Source of the DNA: Candidatus Didemnitutus sp.
GTDB lineage: Bacteria; Verrucomicrobiota; Verrucomicrobiia; Opitutales; Opitutaceae
Direction: 5' to 3'
Length of the DNA: 64,000 nucleotides
NCBI GenBank assembly: GCA_019634575.1
Contig: JAHCAY010000002.1
Span: 294,897 to 358,896, forward strand
A program made the position numbers and the translations under genes. Positions 39,583 to 47,508 of the stretch are shown piece after piece (positions within the stretch are counted from its first letter, which is position 1; the number at the start of each line of letters is the position of its first letter). The notes below the pieces were generated by a model. That model was not told where the DNA came from. It did no database searches and saw only the letters and a list, made by a program, of their open reading frames with translations.

Positions 39583-40353
39583 TCACTCCGGCAGGGCAAT
39601 TTCGATGGTCTGGCCGGTGAGGGCGGCCGGGGCTTGGGGCGCGACGGTGAAGTCGCCGCCGGCCTGTGTCGGGGGCGTCAGCTTGTATTGCGCGCCGCTG
39701 TAGCTGAAGCCGTAGTTCGCCTTGATCTTCTCGAGGTCGCTGGCGGGCGCATCGAGCTTCAACGTGGTGGAGCCGCCGCCGGAGACGACCTTGGCGATGA
39801 CGATCTTCGGGCCTTTCTTTTCGCCGATGGCTTCCTCGAGGATCGTCAGGAGGCGGTCGGTGCCGGCCGGCATGTCCTGATTGCGGGCTTCGACGCGGAT
39901 GTGCATGTCGAACGACCGCTCTTCCTGGTCCGTGTAGGAGGTCTTTTTCTTCGAGGAGGTTTTTCCCGTCACGTTGACGGAGAAGAACCAATACTTCGCG
40001 CTCGCGCTCATCTCGCCCTCGTAGTCCGACGAGGTGTCGAGCTGCGTCTGCGTGGTCGAGGTGATCTTCGCGTTGAAGTCGATCACCGCCTCGTAGATCG
40101 TGATGTAGGGCACGGGCAGCATCGTCAGGAACGGCACCGTGAGGGTGAATTCCTGGTTTTTGCCCGCGTCGTTCTTCTTGTTGTATTTGAAGTCGACGGT
40201 GATGAGGTTCCCGTCCTTGTCGAAGCCGACTTCCTTGATGAAGTTGGCGGTGGTAATGGCCGACTTGGCTTGGGTGCGGACGATCGCATCGAGCGGACCG
40301 CCGATCAGATTCGAGAAATCCAAGCTGGCGATTTCTCTTCCGGAGACAGGCAT
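39583..40353 (-). CDS. DUF2589 family protein with C-terminal extension (256 aa)
   Basis: SLDFSNLIGGPLDAIVRTQAKSA; LTVPFLTMLPVPYI; QDMPAGTDRLLTIL; AAGGAG RBS upstream. Confidence 0.85.
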   Translation of the reverse strand: MPVSGREIASLDFSNLIGGPLDAIVRTQAKSAITTANFIKEVGFDKDGNLITVDFKYNKKNDAGKNQEFTLTVPFLTMLPVPYITIYEAVIDFNAKITSTTQTQLDTSSDYEGEMSASAKYWFFSVNVTGKTSSKKKTSYTDQEERSFDMHIRVEARNQDMPAGTDRLLTILEEAIGEKKGPKIVIAKVVSGGGSTTLKLDAPASDLEKIKANYGFSYSGAQYKLTPPTQAGGDFTVAPQAPAALTGQTIEIALPE

Positions 40354-40430
40354 GGGGAGCTCCTTCGTGGGGGGTTGACGTGGCGACGGCTGGCCCGACC
40401 GTCACGCGCGAGCATGGGCCTCCCCTGCCG

Positions 40431-40865
40431 TTAGCCAATGTCCGCGCCTTGTAGATTTGTGTCTTTCGCTTGTAGAAAAATACCCGCGCGCCGCGCGGCC
40501 TCGCGCGGCCCGTCCGCTCCCGTCGCGAAGGGCGAGCGCGTCCGCCGCGGACACAATTGCGCGGGCGTGAGGCCGAGGTGCTTCTTCAACGCGTGGTTGA
40601 GGTGCGCCGCGTCGCGGTAGTGAAACGCGTCCGCCACCTCCTTGGCGGAAAATCCCGCACGCGACGCCGCAGCGGCCTGACGCGCCCGCACGCTGTCGAA
40701 AAAATCCTTGGGCAGACACTTGAATCGTTCGCGGAACAGCCGCCGCAGCTGCTTCGTGTTCATCCGGAGTTTCTGCGCCAGACGGCTCATCGAATACCGC
40801 GCCTCGTGGGCCAGCTCGGTCCAACGCTCGATCTCGTCGGTCGATTCAGAGGGAGAAATGCTCAT
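40431..40865 (-). CDS. Stand-alone AraC-type HTH regulator (no ligand-binding domain)
   Basis: LAQKLRMNTKQLRRLFRERF..LPKDF...VR; KEVADAFHYRDAAHLNHALKKHLGLTP. Confidence 0.88.
   Translation of the reverse strand: MSISPSESTDEIERWTELAHEARYSMSRLAQKLRMNTKQLRRLFRERFKCLPKDFFDSVRARQAAAASRAGFSAKEVADAFHYRDAAHLNHALKKHLGLTPAQLCPRRTRSPFATGADGPREAARRAGIFLQAKDTNLQGADIG
40448..40476 (-). promoter_or_regulatory. 8-bp direct repeat with 21-bp period, candidate AraC operator
   Basis: Minus strand TCTACAAG-N13-TCTACAAG, about 95 nt upstream of the DUF2589 operon. Confidence 0.5.
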
Positions 40866-41084
40866 GGCGGCGCAAACATCGTCCAGCGGCCTCCTCCGAA
40901 GACATTTGTCCCGCGAGGTTACCGATCCATCGCCGCACCACCACCCCGCTAACCACCTGAAAAAAGGTATCCGGCTTTCTCCGATGCCCGGTCGGGGGTC
41001 TGACAGGACACGCGTTGGATCTCATCGCGCGTCACGGATCGCTGCGCGCGCCCGGAAAGCTCCCGCGTCGTCGCTCCCTCGCTC

Positions 41085-41870
41085 CTACGGCAACAATCCC
41101 TCGAGGCCCGCCGCCGCGAATTTGTTTCGCAACTCCGCCAGCGCTCGCCGGCTCGCGGTGAGCGGCGACACCGGCACATCGAGGTGAAACACCACCTCGT
41201 CGTCGCCGCTGCGCTCGATCTTCTTCACCCGCGCGAGATTCACCAGCACCTGCCGGTGGATGCGCACGAATTGCGCCTCCGGCAAAGTCTCCTCCCACGA
41301 CTTCAGCGTGCGCAGCACCAGCAGCGTCTGCCCGCCCTCGAGCACGAGCTCCGTGTAGTTCTCCGCCGAGCGCACCGCGCAGATCGACGCCACGGGCACG
41401 AACCGCGTCGTGCCGTCGGTCTTCACGAACACGCGATCGTCCATCGTCAGCCGTTGCCCCGTCGCCGCCGGCGCGGCGATCGCCGTCGGCGCCGGCGCCA
41501 CGGCCAGCGTGCGCGCCTCGCCGAGCCGTTGCAGCGTCGCCTTCAAGCGCGCGGTCGTGACCGGCTTCAGCAGGTAATCCAGCGCGTTCACCTCGAACGC
41601 CCGCAGGGCAAACCGATCGTAGGCGGTCACGAAGACGATCTGCGCGTTCGGCTTCACGCTATCGAGCAAGTCGAAGCCGCTGCCGCCGCGCAGCTGGATG
41701 TCGAGGAACACCAGATCGTAGTCGGCGCGCCCGAGCAGCGCGCGCGCGTCGTTGATCGTGCCCGCCTCGCCCACCGCCTCGATCGAGGGATGCGCAGCGA
41801 GCAGACGCCGCAGTTCGAGCCGCGCCAGCGGCTCATCGTCGATCAGCAAAGCCCGCCGCGCCGCGCTCAT
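41085..41870 (-). CDS. LytTR family response regulator
   Basis: LLIDDEPLAR, FLDIQL, FVTAYD.FAL.AFEVNALDYLLKP; FVRIHRQVLVN. Confidence 0.95.
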   Translation of the reverse strand: MSAARRALLIDDEPLARLELRRLLAAHPSIEAVGEAGTINDARALLGRADYDLVFLDIQLRGGSGFDLLDSVKPNAQIVFVTAYDRFALRAFEVNALDYLLKPVTTARLKATLQRLGEARTLAVAPAPTAIAAPAATGQRLTMDDRVFVKTDGTTRFVPVASICAVRSAENYTELVLEGGQTLLVLRTLKSWEETLPEAQFVRIHRQVLVNLARVKKIERSGDDEVVFHLDVPVSPLTASRRALAELRNKFAAAGLEGLLP

Positions 41871-41927
41871 TGTGAGTCGGCGCGCTGGCGCGTGCTCGTC
41901 CAGTTACCCTGCCTGGTCCCGGTCTTC

Positions 41928-41957
41928 ATGCGTGTGAATGCGTGTCCATTCGTGGTT
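41928..41957. repeat. 10-nt-period short tandem repeat (ATKCGTGKYB x3)
   Basis: ATGCGTGTGA ATGCGTGTCC ATTCGTGGTT in the sensor-regulator intergenic gap. Confidence 0.5.
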
Positions 41958-41980
41958 CAACTCGGTCGCGGGCCGCTCGC

Positions 41981-44900
41981 TCACACCGGCGGATTCGAGC
42001 CGGCGCGCGGCCGCAACGGCAGCCGCAACCGCACGCGCACCCAGCCTTCCTCGGTCACGATATGTGGACGGCACGCGGGCCCGTAGTAACGCGAGAGTCG
42101 CCGGCGCAGGTTCTCGAGCCCGATGTGCGTCGAATCGCCGTTCAGCTCGGCGGGCGCGGTGAATTTCTCGCCCACCCACGCGCCGGTGTTCGCGATTTCG
42201 CAGACGAGAATCTCGCCTTCGACCTTCAGCGTGACCGCCACCTCGAGGACGCTCGGACTCGTGCGGCCGCCGTATTTGATCGCGTTCTCGATCAACGGCA
42301 AAAACAGGAACTGCGGCACCGGCACCGCGCGCGCTTCGGGGGCCACGTAGACACTCGTGCGCAATCCCTCCTGCCAGCGCGCTCGCTCGATATCGAGGTA
42401 GGCGTGCAGCATTTCCACCTCCTCCGCCACCGTCGTCATGCCGTCGCCGCCGCGCGTCAGCGTCCAGCGACAGAACTCCGAGAGCCGCGTCACCATCTCG
42501 CCCGCCGCCTCCGCGTTCGCGTAGACCAGCGCGCGGATCGAATTGAGCGAGTTGTAGAGGAAATGCGGATTGAGCTGGTAGCGCAGCAACTCCAGCTGCG
42601 CCTTCTCCTCGGCGAGGCGCGCGGCGAGTTTCTCGTCCTGATCGAGCCGGTGCAGCCGCTCGAGCTCCGCGTTCTGGCGCGCCAACTCCGCCGTGCGCTG
42701 CGCGATCACGTCCTCCAGCCGCGTGCGCTCGCGGAGCAGCCGCCGGATGCGCCAGCGGATGTAGACGAACAGCGCCAGCGAACCCGCCACGAGATACGCC
42801 GCCACCGCCCACAACGTCTGCCACCACGGCGCGCGCACCACGAACGGCACCGTCGCCGGCTCGGCCCAGCGGCCATCGCTCGATCGCCCGCGCGCCTCGA
42901 ACACGTAAGCGCCCGGCGGCAGGTTCGCGAACGACCGGTCGCCGCGCGAATCGAGCTCCGGCACGCTGTCGCCGAAGCCCTTCAACCGCGTCTCGTAGAG
43001 CGCGCCGCTTTCGCCCGCAAGGCCGGGCGCGCCGAAGCTGAAGCGCACCGTCGTGCGCCCCGGGCCGATCTCCACCGGTTTCCCGTCCGCCAGCGTCGCG
43101 TGCCGCCCGTCGTTCAGCGCGATTTCGCGCAACAACGTCGCGCCCAGCGCGGCCGGCGCGTTCGCCCGCCACAGTTTCAGATCGATGCGCAACAAGGCCG
43201 ACGGGCCCATCACCCACAACGCATCGCGTCCCTCTTCCTCGTCGAGAAACAGCGCCGAATTGCCGGAAACGCGCTCCATCTCGGGCAACGGCACCTGAAT
43301 CCACACGCCGTCGCGCACGTAGCCGAGCTGCAACGCCTCGCTGGGATTGCGCAGCCCGGCCTTCGCCGCGAGGATCCACACCTCGCCGCGCCGCCCCTCC
43401 ACGAGCGCGCGCACCGCCATCGTGCCGTCGGCGAATTGCCGCCCGAACGCCGGCTCGGGCCGGAAGCCCTTCGTGGCCGCGTCGAAGCGGAAAAGCCCCT
43501 GCGCCGTGACGAACAGCGGCGCGCCGGCCACTTCCTGCACCGAAATTTTTCCGGCCGGCAGTCCGGCATCCCGACCGAAAACCTGCGCCTGCGCCGCCCC
43601 GCCCGGCTCCGCGGGAAACGCAAGATGCCACACGCCCTGGTTGTCGGTGCCGAGCCACACGCTGCCGTCGCGGTCCTCGACGATCGAGCTGCCCCGCGCT
43701 TCCTTCACTTGCCCGGACTCCTTCCACTCGCCGGCGACGCGCCGCCAGCGGAACGTCCCGCGCAGCGAGGCGCTGTAGGCCACGTCCGGCGACGCGTGCG
43801 TGACGGTGACGGCGAACTGATTCGTGACCCCGGAGATTTTTTTCGGCGCGCCTTGCGCGTCGATTTCCCACAAACCGCCGAGCGAGGCCACGAGCAGCGT
43901 GTCTCCCGCCGGCGTCATCTGCCAGATCTTGTCCTGGATCGCCGACCAGCGCTCGAAGCGGGCCGGACCCGGCGCGACGCCCGGCGGTTCCAGCCGGTGC
44001 AATCCATCCGGTCCGCTCATCAACAACCGCCCTCGCCAGCGCGCGAGCGTCGGCGAGGAGTGCCGCCGCACGCCGTTGGCCGGACCGAACCATGTGTAGG
44101 CAGGATGCAGTTGCGCGCGGGCCACGCCCCACTCGGTCCCGATCCACAGTCCATCGTGCTGATCGGGCGTCGCGCTGATCGTGCTGCTCGTTTCCAGACC
44201 GCTGTTCTCATCCAGAAGCGCGACGAAATTCAGTTCGCGGTCGAGCACCACCGCGCCGCCGCCCAGCGTCGTCAGCACATAGCGCCCATCCGGCAGACGC
44301 ACGCCGCCGTAAAGCCGCTTGGCCTTGAAGAACTCGTCGAGCGGATGCGGTTCGAGCGTGAGTTTTTTCCCGTCCCAACGCCCGAGACCGGCCACGACGC
44401 CGTGCTCACCCTCGAGTCCCATCAGCCAGCCGCCGCGCGGATGCGGCACCGCGAAATGCGGGAAATAGTTGCCGAGCCGGTCCGCCGGATCGCCGAGCTC
44501 CTCCCATTTGCCGCCCTCGATCGGTTTGAACCAACCGCGCGTCAGCGCCACCAGCAGGTGATCGCCGAGCCAAAACGACAGCACGATGCTGCGTTCGCCC
44601 GTCGGCCAGAAATCGAATTTCCCCTCGCGCCACCGCAACAGCGCCGTGTTGCCCTGGAACCACACGCCTTGCGGCGTCACATGCACCTGCCAGAGCGTGC
44701 CGAGGTCGCCGGCCTCCTTCGGCACGAGCGCACGCAACGACGTGAACACGCGCCGGCCGTCGGGCCCGCGGTCGATGCGCCCCAGCTCGTTCACGCCCGC
44801 GACCCACACCGTCCCCTGCGCGTCGACGCCCACGCCGCGCACATGCGCGCTGTTCGGCACCGCGATCTGCCGCCACGTCTGGCCGTCGTATTCGAGCACG

Positions 44901-45121
44901 CTGTCGAAGTTGCCGAACAGCATCGTCCCGTCCGGTGCACACACGCCGCCCCACACCTGATTCAACCCGCCGTTCACGCGCGGCGGGAAATTCCGCACCA
45001 GCGGCACGCCGGTTTCGCCGGCTGGCGCCGCGCGCCCCGCCACCGCCCCCGCAGCCATGAATGCGAGCAGAAAGGCGAGAGCGTGGGAGGGGCGCACGGC
45101 GTCAGAAAAACGAAACGACAT
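41981..45121 (-). CDS. LytS-type sensor histidine kinase with periplasmic beta-propeller and Y_Y_Y domain
   Basis: Signal peptide; repeated GxxWxG blades; FANLPPGAYVFEARGR (Y_Y_Y); TM; LRYQLNPHFLYNSLNSI; LPLIENAIKYG; HIGLENLRRRL. Confidence 0.92.
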   Translation of the reverse strand: MSFRFSDAVRPSHALAFLLAFMAAGAVAGRAAPAGETGVPLVRNFPPRVNGGLNQVWGGVCAPDGTMLFGNFDSVLEYDGQTWRQIAVPNSAHVRGVGVDAQGTVWVAGVNELGRIDRGPDGRRVFTSLRALVPKEAGDLGTLWQVHVTPQGVWFQGNTALLRWREGKFDFWPTGERSIVLSFWLGDHLLVALTRGWFKPIEGGKWEELGDPADRLGNYFPHFAVPHPRGGWLMGLEGEHGVVAGLGRWDGKKLTLEPHPLDEFFKAKRLYGGVRLPDGRYVLTTLGGGAVVLDRELNFVALLDENSGLETSSTISATPDQHDGLWIGTEWGVARAQLHPAYTWFGPANGVRRHSSPTLARWRGRLLMSGPDGLHRLEPPGVAPGPARFERWSAIQDKIWQMTPAGDTLLVASLGGLWEIDAQGAPKKISGVTNQFAVTVTHASPDVAYSASLRGTFRWRRVAGEWKESGQVKEARGSSIVEDRDGSVWLGTDNQGVWHLAFPAEPGGAAQAQVFGRDAGLPAGKISVQEVAGAPLFVTAQGLFRFDAATKGFRPEPAFGRQFADGTMAVRALVEGRRGEVWILAAKAGLRNPSEALQLGYVRDGVWIQVPLPEMERVSGNSALFLDEEEGRDALWVMGPSALLRIDLKLWRANAPAALGATLLREIALNDGRHATLADGKPVEIGPGRTTVRFSFGAPGLAGESGALYETRLKGFGDSVPELDSRGDRSFANLPPGAYVFEARGRSSDGRWAEPATVPFVVRAPWWQTLWAVAAYLVAGSLALFVYIRWRIRRLLRERTRLEDVIAQRTAELARQNAELERLHRLDQDEKLAARLAEEKAQLELLRYQLNPHFLYNSLNSIRALVYANAEAAGEMVTRLSEFCRWTLTRGGDGMTTVAEEVEMLHAYLDIERARWQEGLRTSVYVAPEARAVPVPQFLFLPLIENAIKYGGRTSPSVLEVAVTLKVEGEILVCEIANTGAWVGEKFTAPAELNGDSTHIGLENLRRRLSRYYGPACRPHIVTEEGWVRVRLRLPLRPRAGSNPPV

Positions 45122-45174
45122 CGCAGGGCGAGCCGGTTCGCGCCGCCGCCCACGGACGGGACGGCGGCGCGTGC

Positions 45175-46203
45175 TCAGCTGACCGGCATGAGCAAAAATC
45201 CGCGCAGCCCGCCGTCCTTCAAACCGGTGCCCGCGATCCAGCCCGCGGCGTTCACGGCGACCGCTTTTTGGAGGAGCCAGCCCGGCGCGCCGTTCACGAA
45301 ATCCGCCAGCGCGCGCATGCCGTCCGCCGGTGTCCAGCGAAACGCCTCGCGGCGTCCGTTGTCGTCCATGTAGCGCCCGACCACGACGCGCGCGTCGTTG
45401 GCCGCGAGCGCCTCGCTCTGGTGGCTCACGTCCGAGTTCAAGTCGTAGGTGCGCCCGCCTTCGTGCAGGAACGCGTGGATGTTGCCCTGCGGCGTCATCA
45501 GGCGCCCGCACACGCGCCCGCCCGGCGTCAGCGCCGTGCCCCAGAGGCCGCCGCCGGTCTCGGGCTTGATCAGCGTCACCGCGTCGCCCCACCACAGCGC
45601 GATCTGCGACTGTGTTTCGAAGAGCCCGCACGCGCAATTCGCCAGCACCGTGCCCGAATCGTTCAACGCCATCGCGACCGCGTTGCCGCCGGTCTGCACC
45701 GGCATGAAGCGCGGCTCGCCGCCGTCGTGCAGGAACACGCGCCGGCGCACGCGGCCGTTTGAGACGAAAGTCACATGGCCGGCCACTTCGCCGACGTTGT
45801 TCACGCCGGCCGCGCAACTCTCGGCCTCGGGCCAGAATTCCGCGCCGAAGCCGTTGCGATGCGCCGCCCACGCGTGCAACGGACCCGCGCCCGCGCGCCG
45901 CTGGCCCGCGAGCAGGCCGTTGCCGCTCAGGCTCGTCAGCGGCACGCCGCCGGCGACGCTCGCGCGCTCGATCAGCGCACCGTTGTCGCGCACGAAGCCG
46001 CGCACCGCATCGGGCTTCACGACGCGCTCCGTGGGATGCCCGTAGAGCGCGACTTGCCCGGCGTCGTTCAACGCCACCGGCAACAGCGGCACGCCGGGCG
46101 CGAGCTCGCCGAGATCCTCGAGCCGATACGCGGCTGCATGCTCGGCGGGCCGTTCCCGCGGGGACGTCGAGGTGAAGGGCGGATGGGAGGTGACCGATGG
46201 CAT
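45175..46203 (-). CDS. HAF-repeat beta-propeller protein
   Basis: Repeats LNDAGQVA, VNNVGEVAG, LNDSGTVL, HAFLHEGG..YDLN, VNAAGWIAG; no clear signal peptide. Confidence 0.8.
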   Translation of the reverse strand: MPSVTSHPPFTSTSPRERPAEHAAAYRLEDLGELAPGVPLLPVALNDAGQVALYGHPTERVVKPDAVRGFVRDNGALIERASVAGGVPLTSLSGNGLLAGQRRAGAGPLHAWAAHRNGFGAEFWPEAESCAAGVNNVGEVAGHVTFVSNGRVRRRVFLHDGGEPRFMPVQTGGNAVAMALNDSGTVLANCACGLFETQSQIALWWGDAVTLIKPETGGGLWGTALTPGGRVCGRLMTPQGNIHAFLHEGGRTYDLNSDVSHQSEALAANDARVVVGRYMDDNGRREAFRWTPADGMRALADFVNGAPGWLLQKAVAVNAAGWIAGTGLKDGGLRGFLLMPVS

Positions 46204-46351
46204 CGGGACAGGCGGGACGCTGCCTCGCTCCGTGCCGCTCACGACCGGCGATTGACCAGCGGCCGGCCCCGTCTGACCAGCGGCACGGCCGCCGCTCGCC
46301 GGGAGAAAATTAGTCCTCGTGCCATCCGGCGATTTTTCCAAGTTTCGGGAG

Positions 46352-46379
46352 TCAACCGGCCGGCTCCTCGCGCCGATGT
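46352..46379 (+). promoter_or_regulatory. Sigma28-like promoter
   Basis: TCAA-N16-GCCGATGT, immediately followed by CAGGAG and ATG 46387 (very short leader). Confidence 0.5.
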
Positions 46380-46386
46380 TCAGGAG

Positions 46387-47508
46387 ATGAAAGTCGAACA
46401 GCTGCTTTTTGCCCCCACTCAGGAATGGCGCGCTCACCACGGTTCGCTCGCGGGGCTCGCGCCGCAGTTCGTCCTCGTGTTCGGCGAACGCGCCTTGCTC
46501 ACCGCGGCGAATCTCGCCGGGCTGCGCGCGCGCTTCCCGACGGCGCGCCTCGTCTGCTGCTCCACCGCCGGCGAAATTCTCGGCACCGAGGTGCTCGTCG
46601 GCACGCTCACCGCCACCGCCGTCGCCTTCGAACGCAGCGAAGTCCGCTGCCTCTCCACCACCATCGCGCAACCCGCCGACAGCCGCGCGTGCGGCGCCCA
46701 CCTCGGCCGCGAACTCGCCCGCCCGGACCTCGCCCACGTCTTCGTGCTTTGCGACGGCGCGATCACCAACGGCAGCGAATTCGTCGCCGGCCTCGTCGCG
46801 CATCTGCCCTCCGCCGTCAAAGTCACCGGCGGCCTCGCCGGCGACGGCGACCGATTCGAGAAAACGCTCGTCGGCCTCGACGAGCTTCCGACCGACGGCC
46901 GCATCGTCGCCCTCGGCTTCTACGGCACGCGGCTGCGCATGCACTACGGCTGCGAAGGCGGCTGGTCACCCTTCGGCCCCGAGCGCATCGTGACGCGCTC
47001 GGCCGGCAACCAGCTCTTCGAGCTCGACGGCCACTCCGCGCTCGACCTCTACAAGCGTTACCTCGGCGACCTGGCGCGCGGCTTGCCGGGCACCGCGCTC
47101 CGCTTCCCGCTCAGCGTCCATCCGATCGGCGCGGCCGCACCGGTCGTGCGCACCATCCTCTCGATCGACGAGACCGCGCCCAGCATGACGTTCGCCGGCG
47201 ACATTCCCCTTGGCGCGCGCGTCCGCTTCATGCGCGCCTCCTACGAGGATCTCATCGACGGTGCCGCCCGCGCCGCCACCGCGGCGCGCGGCGATGGCCC
47301 CGAACTCGTGCTCTGCGTCAGTTGCATCGGCCGCCGCATCGTCCTCGGCCAGCGCACCGAGGAGGAAACCGAACTCGTCCGCGAGGCCGTCGGCGCCGGC
47401 TCCGTCATCACCGGTTTCTACTCCTATGGCGAACTCGCCCCGCAGGGCGACGGCGCGTGCCAGCTCCACAACCAGACGATGACCATCACCTCGCTGTCCG
47501 AAGCATGA
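46387..47508 (+). CDS. FIST-domain (NosP-like) signalling protein
   Basis: CSTAGEI, VTGGLAGD, CEGGWSPFG, LFELDG..AL..Y, SCIGRR, GFYSYGE, LHNQTMTI. Confidence 0.92.
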   Translation: MKVEQLLFAPTQEWRAHHGSLAGLAPQFVLVFGERALLTAANLAGLRARFPTARLVCCSTAGEILGTEVLVGTLTATAVAFERSEVRCLSTTIAQPADSRACGAHLGRELARPDLAHVFVLCDGAITNGSEFVAGLVAHLPSAVKVTGGLAGDGDRFEKTLVGLDELPTDGRIVALGFYGTRLRMHYGCEGGWSPFGPERIVTRSAGNQLFELDGHSALDLYKRYLGDLARGLPGTALRFPLSVHPIGAAAPVVRTILSIDETAPSMTFAGDIPLGARVRFMRASYEDLIDGAARAATAARGDGPELVLCVSCIGRRIVLGQRTEEETELVREAVGAGSVITGFYSYGELAPQGDGACQLHNQTMTITSLSEA

